Shown here piece by piece: positions 26,167-35,519 of a stretch of DNA of 64,000 nucleotides. Both the position numbers and the translations under genes were made by a program. Position 1 is the first letter of the stretch. Every line of letters starts with the position of its first letter. The notes below the pieces were generated by a model that saw only the letters and a list, made by a program, of their open reading frames with translations, was not told where the DNA came from and made no database searches. Location: NCBI GenBank assembly GCA_944321735.1, contig CALUMK010000007.1, positions 17,864 to 81,863 on the forward strand, in the 5' to 3' direction. Source of the stretch: an uncultured Bacteroidales bacterium (GTDB lineage: Bacteria > Bacteroidota > Bacteroidia > Bacteroidales > P3).

Positions 26167-27294
26167 ATGATAAAGAGAACGGTAGCCAAGGTCATCAGGA
26201 ATGATTACAAACGGAAGAAAGTCATTGTTTTGTTAGGTGCGCGGCAGGTGGGGAAGAGCACCTTGCTTTCCGAGCTTTCGTCCAAGAACGACAAGATTCT
26301 TTTCTTGAACTGCGATGATATGGACGATGTGTTGGCCTTGGAAGGCAAGACGTCTACCGAGTTGAAAAACCTGCTGTCTCCTTATACCTTGGTCTTTATC
26401 GATGAAGCGCAGCGGATTAAGAATATAGGCTTGGTCTTGAAAATGATAGGGGATTTGAAATTGTCCACGAAGATTGTGGTGACGGGATCCTCTTCGCTCG
26501 AACTGGCCAATGAAATCAATGAACCGGCCACAGGCAGGCTGATAGAGCATCATTTATATCCGTTATCCTTGTCGGAATTGGCCAATCATACATCGGAGCG
26601 CGAAGAAAACCGTTTGTTGCCCGTCCGCATGATTTATGGTTTCTATCCGGAAGTCGTTACAGAGCCGGACGATGCCAAGCGGATATTGATGAATTTGACA
26701 AACAGTTATTTGTATAAGGATTTATTTGCCTACAAAGGAATCAAGAAGCCCGATTTGCTCCAGAAACTGGTCAGAGCCTTGGCTTTGCAATTGGGTAGCG
26801 AAGTGTCTTATAACGAGTTGAGTAATCTTCTTGGCGTGGATAGGGGCACGGTGGAATCTTATATCGGCTTGCTGGAGAAATGTTTTGTCGTTTTCCGTTT
26901 GGATTCATTCAGCCGTAATCTCCGCAACGAGATGAAGAAAGGCAAAAAGATTTATTTCTACGATAACGGGATCAGGAATGCAGTCTTGTCGAATTTCGCT
27001 CCTTTGGAATTACGGAACGATGTCGGGGCTTTATGGGAAAACCTGATGGTCAGCGAAAGAGTCAAGAGGAATGCCTATTCCGGGAATTTTGCCAATCTGT
27101 TTTTCTGGCGGACGCATGAGCAGCAGGAGCTCGACTTGATAGAAGAGCAGGACGGGAATCTGCGGGCGTTCGAGTTCAAATGGAATCCCCAAGCGAAGGC
27201 CAAATTGCCCAAGGCTTTTTCTTCTGCCTACCCGGAGGCAAGTTATCAAGTGATTACGCCTCAATCGTATTGGGATTTCGTTCGGATTGATTGA
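26167..27294 (+). CDS. AAA+ ATPase with a DUF4143 C-terminal domain (COG1373-type)
   Basis: Track ORF 26101..27294; ATG 26167 gives MIKRTVAKVIRNDYKRKKVIVLLGARQVGKSTLL (Walker A). LVFIDEAQRI is the Walker B motif. The C-terminal half has the typical DUF4143 pattern (KIYFYDNGIRN...FFWRTHEQQELDLIEE). Confidence 0.8.
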   Translation: MIKRTVAKVIRNDYKRKKVIVLLGARQVGKSTLLSELSSKNDKILFLNCDDMDDVLALEGKTSTELKNLLSPYTLVFIDEAQRIKNIGLVLKMIGDLKLSTKIVVTGSSSLELANEINEPATGRLIEHHLYPLSLSELANHTSEREENRLLPVRMIYGFYPEVVTEPDDAKRILMNLTNSYLYKDLFAYKGIKKPDLLQKLVRALALQLGSEVSYNELSNLLGVDRGTVESYIGLLEKCFVVFRLDSFSRNLRNEMKKGKKIYFYDNGIRNAVLSNFAPLELRNDVGALWENLMVSERVKRNAYSGNFANLFFWRTHEQQELDLIEEQDGNLRAFEFKWNPQAKAKLPKAFSSAYPEASYQVITPQSYWDFVRID

Positions 27295-27365
27295 ATCCGA
27301 GACCTTGTTTTTCAACGGCTGTAAATTTTACCGGCCTAAAAATTACGAGGGTTGAATCCCTGAGG

Positions 27366-27373
27366 TAACTTTG
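27366..27373 (+). promoter_or_regulatory. Orphan -7 promoter box TAACTTTG in a region without a credible ORF
   Basis: The octamer is identical to the array and T9SS-cargo promoters. The nearest plausible start codon downstream is 27740, about 365 nt away. Confidence 0.35.
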
Positions 27374-27601
27374 AGATGCCCAAAGAAGCGTATGGAATCG
27401 GATTCCGTTGCGATTTCGTTGTTTTGGCTCAAAGGACATGTGGAATTTTTTTGTAATTTCGCGCTTTATGGGGTGCGGCGAGGTTTGGATTGTTTCTTTT
27501 TGTGAAACAAGGGCGAACCCAAGGAAGGTAGCGCACCGCAAGACCAATAGAATCAACAGGCCATGGCCACTAAAGAAAGCAAGCAGATGGAGACAAGGGA
27601 A

Positions 27602-27634
27602 GACGCCCGGAGCGGGCGTCCGGGTGCTTGTTTT
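27602..27634 (+). terminator. GC-rich hairpin with a distal T-run (possible terminator or attenuator)
   Basis: GACGCCCG (27602-27609) pairs perfectly with CGGGCGTC (27613-27620) around a 3-nt loop. The T-run (CTTGTTTT, 27627-27634) begins 7 nt after the stem, so it is not a canonical intrinsic terminator. Confidence 0.3.
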
Positions 27635-27739
27635 CAGGGACCGGCGTCTCGGCGGGTGGATGGCCTGCGGGCTTGTGGCGGAAATGTTTCCGGTCCTTGC
27701 CGGGAAGCGGCTGGCCGCCGCAAGGAGAGTCCGGTGCTG

Positions 27740-28285
27740 ATGCCGGTTCTTTTCTTGCCCTTGTTCTTTCTGGGTTCGCTGTTGCAAGCGGCCGATGCCA
27801 AGACCCTTGTCCAGGAATGGAAGACCGTTAGCCAGCAGATAGATAACCATAAGCAGTGGCATTGCCAGGATCGGCCTTCGGAATCCGTCCTGCTTTCGTT
27901 CCAGGCTTTTTTCCAGGAGCAGCTCGGCTTTTCGTGGAATCCGGACTTCAAGGCCGTTTTGCCGTTGGGTACCGATTGGGACGGTCTGCAGCAAGCCTGG
28001 TTCGTGCTTCAACGCCGGTATTCGTCGCTCAGACCGCATTCTTATGGTGTCCGTAATGATATTTCCTCGCTTTTCCATAGCGCATTTTCCTGTTTTTCGG
28101 ATTCTTTCCAGGAAGAAAACGGGGAAAACGCCAGCGATGCCCTCTTGGCGGCCGTAGCCTCGTCGCGTGCTTTTGTCAGCCTTGTTCCTGAGATTCTTTA
28201 CTGCCGTACTTCGGGCAGCTACAATATCGTTTACCGTCTTCAGAACGGGGTGCGGGAGTGCACCCTGCCCGGCTACCCCTTCTAA
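27740..28285 (+). CDS. Hypothetical secreted protein (181 aa)
   Basis: This is the inner part of track ORF 27563..28285. From ATG 27740 the product starts MPVLFLPLFFLGSLLQAADAKTLVQEW, which looks like a signal peptide, and has ordinary globular composition. The upstream 59 codons are R/G-rich and look non-coding. I recognise no family. Confidence 0.4.
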   Translation: MPVLFLPLFFLGSLLQAADAKTLVQEWKTVSQQIDNHKQWHCQDRPSESVLLSFQAFFQEQLGFSWNPDFKAVLPLGTDWDGLQQAWFVLQRRYSSLRPHSYGVRNDISSLFHSAFSCFSDSFQEENGENASDALLAAVASSRAFVSLVPEILYCRTSGSYNIVYRLQNGVRECTLPGYPF

Positions 28286-28574
28286 ATTCAGGGGTTTCCG
28301 GCACGAATCGGGGGCATCCGTCCGCTTGATGCTCGGCAAAGAGACGGAAAATCAGGATGTTCTGCACCGGAAAATCCTTGCAGGGGACAATCAGCCCCGT
28401 TGGTTCATCAAAAAATAAAAAATTCCCCCTCGAATCGGGAAAATCGCTTTTGTGAGAAAAGATTTCGTCCCGGAAACGCGGTTGAACCGGCAAAAATGAC
28501 GAAGCCTGGCTGCCGGGAAAAGTCGGGAAACCGGGCGAGGGGACACGCAAAAATTACTGCTAATAATTACATCA

Positions 28575-31500
28575 ATGATAGGTTTATTCAAGAAACTGCT
28601 CGGCAGCAAGTCCGAGCGCGACCTCAAGGAAATCCGGCCCATTCTGGATCAATGCCTGGCCGCCTACGAGAAGATTTCCCAATTGAGCAACGACGAGCTC
28701 CGTGCCAAGACGCAGGAGTTCAAACAGAAGATTCAGGATCGGATCAAGGAACAGAAAGACGAAGTGGATGCGCTCAAGGCCAAGATTGCCGCCAATATCG
28801 ACGACAGCTTGACCGTGGAAGAGAAGGAACACATCTACAGCTCGATAGACAAGCTAGAGAAAGAAATTTACAACAAGACCCAGGATGTCCTGAACGAGAT
28901 TCTTCCCGAAGCGTTCGCGGTGGTGAAGTCCACGGCCCAGCGTTTCAAGGACAATGCCGAAGTGGAAGTGACGGCGATGCCTTGGGATGGCGACTTGGCC
29001 GCAACCCGCGACAATGTGACGATTCGCGGCGACAAGGCCTATTACAAGAACCAGTGGATAGCCGGGGGCAACCTGATTACCTGGGACATGGTGCATTACG
29101 ATGTGCAGCTTATCGGCGGTATCGTGCTGCATCAAGGCAAGATTGCCGAAATGAGCACCGGGGAAGGTAAGACCTTGGTCGAGACTTTGCCGGTTTACCT
29201 CAACGCGCTGCCCGGGCAAGGCGTCCATGTGGTGACGGTCAACGACTATTTGGCCAAGCGTGACTCGGAATGGATGGGGATGCTCTTCGAGTTCCACGGG
29301 CTTAAAGTGGATTGCATCGACAAGCACCAGCCCAGCAGCGAGGCGCGACGCAAGGCTTACTTGGCCGATATCACTTACGGGACCAACAACGAGTTCGGCT
29401 TCGACTACTTGCGCGACAATATGTGCCGCACGCCTCAGGAATTGGTGCAGCGCGGGCATAACTACGCCATTGTCGATGAGGTCGATTCGGTCTTGATCGA
29501 CGATGCCCGTACTCCTTTGATCATTTCCGGGCCCACTTTCAAGGACGAAGACCAGGAATTCGATGCGCTCAGGCCGCAGATCGAGAAGCTGTATAACCAG
29601 CAGCGGGCTTTGGTGACCAAGATTCTGGCCGAAGCCAAGACCTTGCTGAGCGGCACGCCTACGCCCGAACAGGAAAAGAAAGGCGGCGAGCTGTTGTTCC
29701 GCGCCCATCGCGGGCTTCCCAAGAACAACGCCTTGATCAAGTTCTTGAGCGAACCGGGCATGAAGGCCTTGATGCAGAAGACCGAGAACTACTATTTGCA
29801 GGAACAGGGCAAGAACATGCCCTTGATCGACGGCGAGCTGTATTTCGTGATTGACGAGAAGCTCAACAGCATCGACCTTACCGATAAAGGGGTGGATTAT
29901 TTGTCGGCCGATGCCCACAACCCCGAATACTACGTGCTGCCCGATGTGGGTTCGCAGATTGCCGAAGTGGAGAAGTCTTCGATGACGCCGGAGGAAAAGA
30001 CGGCCAAGAAGACCGAAATCATGCGCGATTACGCGATTCAGTCCGACCGTGTCCATACGATTAACCAGCTGCTGAAGGCTTACGCCTTGTTCGAGCGCGA
30101 TGTGGAATACGTGGTGATGGACAACGAGGTGAAGATTGTGGACGAGCAGACGGGCCGTATCATGGAAGGCCGCCGTTATTCGGACGGTCTGCACCAGGCT
30201 ATCGAAGCCAAGGAAAGGGTCAAGGTGGAAGCCGCCACGCAGACCTACGCCACGATTACCTTGCAGAACTATTTCCGCATGTACTCCAAGCTGGCCGGTA
30301 TGACCGGTACGGCCGAGACCGAAGCGGGCGAGTTCTGGAACATCTACAAATTGGAAGTGGTCTGCATCCCTACCAACCGTCCGGTAATCCGCAAGGACAT
30401 GGACGATTTGGTATATAAGACCAAGCGCGAGAAGTACAACGCGATTATCAACGAGATAGAACGCCTCATCCAGGAGGGCCGTCCTGTCCTGGTGGGTACC
30501 ACTTCGGTGGAAGTCTCCGAGCTTCTGAGCCGTATGCTCACCGGGCGCAAGATCAAGCACAATGTGTTGAACGCCAAGTTGCATAAGAAGGAAGCCGATA
30601 TCGTGGCCGAAGCCGGTCAGGCGGGAACGGTCACGATTGCCACCAACATGGCCGGTCGTGGTACGGATATCAAGCTCGGCCCGGGCGTGAAGGAGGCCGG
30701 CGGTCTGGCCATCATCGGTACCGAACGCCACGAAAGCCGCCGTGTGGACCGTCAGTTGCGAGGCCGTGCCGGCCGTCAGGGCGACCCGGGAAGCTCCCAG
30801 TTCTATGTGTCCTTGGAAGACAACCTGATGCGTCTGTTCGCTTCCCAGCGTATTGCTGCGATGATGGACCGCATGGGGTACAAGGAAGGCGAGAACATCC
30901 AGGCGAGGATGATTACCAAGTCCATCGAAAGAGCGCAGAAGAAGGTGGAAGAGAACCACTTCGGTGTCCGCAAGCGTCTGTTGGAATACGATGACGTGAT
31001 GAACGCCCAGCGCGAGGTGATTTATACCAAGCGCCGTCACGCCTTGTTCGGGGAACGTCTCGGGGTGGATATCGCCAACATGATGTACGATACCATCGAG
31101 AACGATTTTTCGGAGCTGCGCGAGGACAAGGATTTTGCCCGTTTCCAAGGCAAGATTCTGCGTACTTTCGGGATGGAATGCCCCATTTCCGAATCCGAGG
31201 CTTTGAGCGGCAAGGACGATGCGGTGCAGAAGGTGTTCGATGCTGTTTATGCTTCCTATCGGCAGAAGGCCGAGGCGATAGCCCAGCAGGCTTTGCCGGT
31301 GATCCGCCATGTCCACGATACCCAGGGTTCCCGCTTCGAGAACATCGCCATACCTATCACCGACGGGCGCAAGACCTTGCAGGTGGTGGCCAATATCCAG
31401 AAGTGTTTGGATTCCAACGGACGTGAAATCACGGTAGCGGTGCAGAAGGGCCTTTGCTTGGCCATTATCGACAATGCTTGGAAGGAACACTTGCGCGAGA

Positions 31501-31931
31501 TGGACGAATTGAAGCAGTCCGTCCAGAACGCTTCCTACGAGCAGAAGGACCCGCTTTTGATTTACAAGTTCGAGGCTTTCAACCTGTTCAAGCGCATGTT
31601 GGTGGATATGAACCAGGAGGTGAGCGAATTCCTTTCGTTGGGCCATCTGCCTACGCCCGACCCGGCTCAGATGCAGCAGATGCAGGAAGCCCGCCAGCAG
31701 CGTACCGACATGAGCCGGATGCAGATGTCCCGTCCCGGCCCGATGGGCGGCGGTGCGGTGAGCACGACCCTGCCTCCGCAACGGCCCCGCGTCCCGATGC
31801 AGACCAATTCTTCGGAAGCCCCGCAGAAGCCCCAGCCGGTTCATGTGGAGAAGAAAATAGGCCGGAATGATCCTTGTCCTTGCGGCAGCGGCAAGAAGTA
31901 CAAGAACTGCCACGGCCGGGATGTGGCCTAA
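28575..31931 (+). CDS. secA: Preprotein translocase ATPase SecA
   Basis: 1118 aa. It has DEAD-motor motifs ([59 protein letters not shown]) and the C-terminal zinc motif [14 protein letters not shown]. Confidence 0.97.
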   Translation: MIGLFKKLLGSKSERDLKEIRPILDQCLAAYEKISQLSNDELRAKTQEFKQKIQDRIKEQKDEVDALKAKIAANIDDSLTVEEKEHIYSSIDKLEKEIYNKTQDVLNEILPEAFAVVKSTAQRFKDNAEVEVTAMPWDGDLAATRDNVTIRGDKAYYKNQWIAGGNLITWDMVHYDVQLIGGIVLHQGKIAEMSTGEGKTLVETLPVYLNALPGQGVHVVTVNDYLAKRDSEWMGMLFEFHGLKVDCIDKHQPSSEARRKAYLADITYGTNNEFGFDYLRDNMCRTPQELVQRGHNYAIVDEVDSVLIDDARTPLIISGPTFKDEDQEFDALRPQIEKLYNQQRALVTKILAEAKTLLSGTPTPEQEKKGGELLFRAHRGLPKNNALIKFLSEPGMKALMQKTENYYLQEQGKNMPLIDGELYFVIDEKLNSIDLTDKGVDYLSADAHNPEYYVLPDVGSQIAEVEKSSMTPEEKTAKKTEIMRDYAIQSDRVHTINQLLKAYALFERDVEYVVMDNEVKIVDEQTGRIMEGRRYSDGLHQAIEAKERVKVEAATQTYATITLQNYFRMYSKLAGMTGTAETEAGEFWNIYKLEVVCIPTNRPVIRKDMDDLVYKTKREKYNAIINEIERLIQEGRPVLVGTTSVEVSELLSRMLTGRKIKHNVLNAKLHKKEADIVAEAGQAGTVTIATNMAGRGTDIKLGPGVKEAGGLAIIGTERHESRRVDRQLRGRAGRQGDPGSSQFYVSLEDNLMRLFASQRIAAMMDRMGYKEGENIQARMITKSIERAQKKVEENHFGVRKRLLEYDDVMNAQREVIYTKRRHALFGERLGVDIANMMYDTIENDFSELREDKDFARFQGKILRTFGMECPISESEALSGKDDAVQKVFDAVYASYRQKAEAIAQQALPVIRHVHDTQGSRFENIAIPITDGRKTLQVVANIQKCLDSNGREITVAVQKGLCLAIIDNAWKEHLREMDELKQSVQNASYEQKDPLLIYKFEAFNLFKRMLVDMNQEVSEFLSLGHLPTPDPAQMQQMQEARQQRTDMSRMQMSRPGPMGGGAVSTTLPPQRPRVPMQTNSSEAPQKPQPVHVEKKIGRNDPCPCGSGKKYKNCHGRDVA

Positions 31932-31960
31932 GGATTGTTTAATTATTAATTATTGTTTGA

Positions 31961-33044
31961 ATGTACGACAAGAACAAGCTTGAAGCGTTGTCTGCGAGGG
32001 TGGAGACGCTGAGGAGGTGTCTTTGACATCGCCGGGAAAGAGAAATTCATAAACGAGGAGGAAGCCAAGACCCAGGCTCCCGGTTTTTGGGACGACCCCA
32101 AGGCCGCCGAAAAGGTCATGAAAGGCATCCAGCAGCAGAAAGTCTGGACCGATGCCTTCAAGAAAGTGTATTCCGAGATGGAGGATGCCCAAGTGATGGC
32201 CGAGATGTTCGAAGCCGGGGAGGTGCCCGAGGAGGAGATGGACAGCACGATGGAATCCTTGGAAAAATCCATCGAGGAATTGGAGTTCAAGAACATGCTT
32301 TCGGGCGAGGAAGACCGCTTGGGCGCGATGGTCACGATTAATTCCGGGGCCGGGGGAACCGAAAGCCAGGACTGGGCCGAGATGCTCTACCGCATGTATC
32401 TGCGCTGGGCCGAACGCAAAGGTTACAAAGTGACCGTGGTCGATTACCAGGAGGGCGAACAGGCCGGTATCAAGTCGGCCACCTTCGAAGTGGAAGGCGA
32501 TTTCGCTTTCGGCTACCTGAAGAGCGAGAGCGGGGTGCACCGTTTGGTCCGTATTTCGCCTTTCGATGCCGGTGCCCGCCGCCATACCTCCTTTGCTTCG
32601 GTCTATGCCTACCCGATGATCGACGACAATATCGAAATTGAAATCAACCCGGCCGATTTGTCTTGGGATACCTATCGGAGCAGCGGCCCGGGCGGGCAGA
32701 ACGTCAACAAGGTGGAAACCGCCGTCCGTCTGCGCCATGCCCCATCGGGCATCATTATCGAATGCCAGGTGACCCGTTCCCAGCTGCAGAACCGCGAGAA
32801 AGCCTTGCAAATGTTGAAGTCCCAGTTGTATGAAATAGAGCTGCGAAAGAAACGGGAGAAAATCAACGAAATCGAGGGCAGCAAGAAGAAGATAGAGTGG
32901 GGAAGCCAGATTCGTTCCTATGTCATGCAGCCTTACAAAATGGTCAAGGACTTGCGTACCGGCTACGAGACTTCCAACGTGCAGGCCGTCCTCGATGGCG
33001 ATATCGACGGCTTCATCAAGGCTTACCTGATGGAGTATAAATAA
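31961..33044 (+). CDS. prfB: Peptide chain release factor 2, expressed through a +1 programmed ribosomal frameshift (31961..32023 joined to 32025..33044)
   Basis: ATG 31961 opens [21 protein letters not shown] and ends at in-frame TGA 32024-32026 within CTT TGA C. Shifting +1 continues as [38 protein letters not shown]..., in frame with track ORF 32118..33044. SPF (RISPFD) and GGQ ([11 protein letters not shown]) motifs are present. Confidence 0.93.
32012..32027 (+). promoter_or_regulatory. prfB +1 frameshift site: internal SD-like AGGAGG, 3-nt spacer, slippery CTT TGA C
   Basis: AGGAGG lies at 32012-32017, followed by TGT, CTT (32021-32023), TGA (32024-32026) and C (32027). Confidence 0.9.
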
Positions 33045-33142
33045 GTTCGCTTACACGCAGCGTTATTCATAGCATAACGGATTTTAAGGTGTTCATGAGT
33101 TCGTTCAGTTCGGTTTGCTGCTGAGATTTAACCGGAAAGGTC

Positions 33143-33223
33143 TTGTCATGTATACAAAACGGGCAAAAATGATATATGAGAGTTTTGTCATGTATACAAA
33201 ACGGGCAACAATGATACATGAGA
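33143..33223. repeat. Two 39-nt direct repeats (period 42 bp), each with the palindrome TGTATACA, abutting the fic promoter
   Basis: TTGTCATGTATACAAAACGGGCAA(A/C)AATGATA(T/C)ATGAGA occurs at 33143-33181 and 33185-33223, with 37 of 39 positions identical. Confidence 0.85.
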
Positions 33224-33224
33224 A

Positions 33225-33232
33225 TAGATTTG
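33225..33232 (+). promoter_or_regulatory. Candidate -7 promoter box TAGATTTG for fic
   Basis: Exact TAnnTTTG match, but only 17 nt upstream of ATG 33249, which implies a very short leader. Confidence 0.3.
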
Positions 33233-33248
33233 AAAAGATGTTTTGAAG

Positions 33249-34352
33249 ATGAAAACGCAATATGTAATACCTCAATTGCCATTGTCTTATGATTTGGAGA
33301 CAAAGGATGTGTTGCGGCAAGTGAACAGTGCAAACAAAAAGTTAGCGGAACTGAAAGGCTTGGCAAGGACTATTCCGAATGAGAATATTCTTGTCAACAC
33401 ATTGATTTTGCAAGAAGCGAAAGATAGTTCCGCCGTAGAGAATATTGTCACGACACAAGATGATTTGTATAAAAGTGATTTAGATATAAGACAGGGTGTC
33501 ATGTCTGCTTCTGCTAAAGAAGTGCTGAATTACAGGGCGGCGATACAGACAGGATTCGCTTTGGTTCGTGAAAAAAAAATATTGACAGTAAATATAATAA
33601 AGGAGATACAGAAAGTACTTGAACATAATACTGCGGGTTTTAGGAGTGTGCCTGGAACTACGTTGAAACGTTCAGATGGAGAGATAGTCTATGTGCCGCC
33701 GCAAGATGCAGATTCAATAAACCGGTATATGGTGAATTTGGAGCAGTTTATTAATGATGAATCGGTTTGCAATTACGATCCATTGGTTAAGATGGCCGTT
33801 ATTCATCATCAGTTTGAGAGCATTCATCCTTTTTATGACGGAAACGGTAGAACAGGACGGATTATCAATGTTTTGTATTTGGTTTTGTGCGATTTGCTCG
33901 ATTTGCCTATCTTGTATCTGAGCCGGTATATAACACATAATAAATCGGAATATTACCGTCTTATTCAGGAGATTAGGGAAAAGGAGGGCGATAACTCAAA
34001 GGAATGGGAATCGTGGATTCTTTTTATGTTGAAAGCGGTTGAATCCACGGCGGAAGATACAATGAGATTGGTTAAAGCCATATCAGATATGATGGTTCGA
34101 TACAAAAGGATTCTTCGGCCTTTGTTTGGAAAGCAATACAGGCATGAGTTGTTGAATAGTTTGTTTTACCATCCTTATACTAAGGTTGAATTCTTGGAAA
34201 AGGAAATGCAGGTCCAACGCTTGACGGCGACCCGGTATTTGAACAAGATGGAAGCAGTCGGTATCCTTGAAAAGGTGAAAGTGTGGAGAACGAATTATTA
34301 CATCAATAAAGAACTGATGGGTTTGTTTATGGAAGGTACTTCTCAAGAATAA
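33249..34352 (+). CDS. Fic-family protein (AMPylase-type) with an N-terminal auto-inhibitory helix
   Basis: The Fic motif HPFYDGNGRTGR matches HPFx(D/E)GNGRxxR. The N-terminal SSAVEN fits the (S/T)xxxE(G/N) inhibitory motif. Track start 33243 is TTG, and the first ATG is 33249 (MKTQYVIPQLP). Confidence 0.9.
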   Translation: MKTQYVIPQLPLSYDLETKDVLRQVNSANKKLAELKGLARTIPNENILVNTLILQEAKDSSAVENIVTTQDDLYKSDLDIRQGVMSASAKEVLNYRAAIQTGFALVREKKILTVNIIKEIQKVLEHNTAGFRSVPGTTLKRSDGEIVYVPPQDADSINRYMVNLEQFINDESVCNYDPLVKMAVIHHQFESIHPFYDGNGRTGRIINVLYLVLCDLLDLPILYLSRYITHNKSEYYRLIQEIREKEGDNSKEWESWILFMLKAVESTAEDTMRLVKAISDMMVRYKRILRPLFGKQYRHELLNSLFYHPYTKVEFLEKEMQVQRLTATRYLNKMEAVGILEKVKVWRTNYYINKELMGLFMEGTSQE

Positions 34353-34393
34353 TTTGGCTGGATTTGGGAAGTCGAAATGGCATGACAGGGGCT

Positions 34394-35281
34394 TTATTCC
34401 ATCGGCTTCACGGCACTGGCCCCGGAAACGGATGCCTTCACTTCGGGCGTGCCTTTGTAGCGGATATGGGATGCGCCCGAAGCCGTGCCGTTCAGATGCT
34501 TGTTGACGGTGGCATCGATTCCGGAGGCTCCGGAGGCTTCAGCGTCTAAATTGTCGATAACCATTTCAAATCCTCGGATATGGGACGCTCCGGAGGCTTC
34601 TAAATAGGCTTTCCCGATAAATCCCGACCAATCCATCTGCGAGGCTCCGGTTACTTCTACCGACGCTTTGCCGGGTGCCATGCAGCTTCCTTCAAATTTG
34701 GAAGCTCCTACGGCTTGTATTTCTAATGAGTGATTGATAATCAAATTTCCTGTGAACTTGGATGCCCCGGCCAGTTCCATTTTGAAGATATCGGTTTTCA
34801 GCGGCTTTTCCGCCTTGAGGAGAGCAGCCCCTCTGGCATCGATATGTTCTATCTTCAGATAATAGATGTCCACAACAGGCTTCATCTCGTCCAAATCGAG
34901 GTTTCGGAGCGAAGCCACAGTTTGGATTGCCCGGTTTGGCGTGCTTGCGCTGTCGTTCTGCGCTTTGTCTGCCGCCATGATATGGGCATCGCCCAAGTCG
35001 AAGGAAATGGAGACTTTGTTGCCGCGTTGTTCCAAAAAGAGGTACTGGAACAAGGTGCTGTCCGTTGTGACAACCAAGGAATCTTTGTGGTATGGAATAA
35101 GGTTTATTTCAAACAGCCCGCTTATCTTCAATTGCTGGAAATCCCGGAACGGGTAAGTCTTCGCAACCGTCAATCCCGATAATCGGATGGCGGGTTCTTT
35201 ATGGCGGCAAGAGGAAAATACGAAAATCGATGCCAGCAGGAGGCCGAGCACGGTGGTAGCAGAAAGGAAAATTCTTTTCAT
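34394..35281 (-). CDS. DUF2807 (GIN domain) lipoprotein
   Basis: The lipoprotein signal is MKRIFLSATTVLGLLLASIFVFSSC. Repeated GAS units (GASKFTG, GASKFEG, GASQMDW, GASHIRG, GASGIDA, GASHIRY, GASAVKP) resemble those in 9663..10547. Confidence 0.7.
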   Translation of the reverse strand: MKRIFLSATTVLGLLLASIFVFSSCRHKEPAIRLSGLTVAKTYPFRDFQQLKISGLFEINLIPYHKDSLVVTTDSTLFQYLFLEQRGNKVSISFDLGDAHIMAADKAQNDSASTPNRAIQTVASLRNLDLDEMKPVVDIYYLKIEHIDARGAALLKAEKPLKTDIFKMELAGASKFTGNLIINHSLEIQAVGASKFEGSCMAPGKASVEVTGASQMDWSGFIGKAYLEASGASHIRGFEMVIDNLDAEASGASGIDATVNKHLNGTASGASHIRYKGTPEVKASVSGASAVKPME

Positions 35282-35519
35282 GGTTTTGTTTTAGTTTGGA
35301 TACCGATTCGGATTCCGATACCTATTTCTCGGAAATGGAAACAATCCTTATACAAAGGTAAGGTAAAATTCGATTCATCTCTCATCTTACGCTGACCAGT
35401 AGCCCGATTATGTCCTGCGGGTTCCGGTAAAATAGGATATATCTCTTATCTTGACCCTTGATCGGTTCAGGGTGGACCGGGCAAGGCTGTTTGTACAAAA
35501 GATTTTATTGCATTCCAGA

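Noticed and set aside
27460-27760. RNase P-like or SRP-like sequence snippets: GGGGTGCGG...GGTAGCGCACCGCAAG, GGAGAGTCCGGTGC and AAGGAAGGTAGC.
   Set aside because: They only loosely resemble the conserved RNase P elements (GGAAAGUCCGGGC, ACAGAACCCGGCUUA) and the SRP domain IV motif (GGAAGCAGCC). The spacing is wrong, and part of the region is better explained as a protein-coding gene (27740..28285). The resemblance is not supportable without a covariance-model search.
27254-28339. A 361-aa minus-strand ORF spanning the ATPase-secA intergenic region.
   Set aside because: Its composition is arginine/proline-rich and implausible for a protein. It is codon-aligned antisense to the plus-strand frame of 27563..28285, and it overlaps the 3' end of the DUF4143 gene. 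I treat it as another antisense shadow.
28854-31913. A 1019-aa ORF antisense to secA. Similar long antisense ORFs overlap ppk1 (22875..24476, 533 aa), ppx (24935..25918), array copy C (19319..20395), the acyl-CoA dehydrogenase (58018..59352), etfA (60325..61170) and others.
   Set aside because: In every case I checked, the antisense codons are in register with the sense codons; for example 31911 and 28575 are both 0 mod 3, and 24474 and 22428 are both 0 mod 3. An antisense stop would then require a sense TTA, CTA or TCA codon. The GC-rich native genes simply avoid these three codons. The antisense translations are R/G/H/L-rich and unlike real proteins. This is a codon-usage shadow, not overlapping genes.
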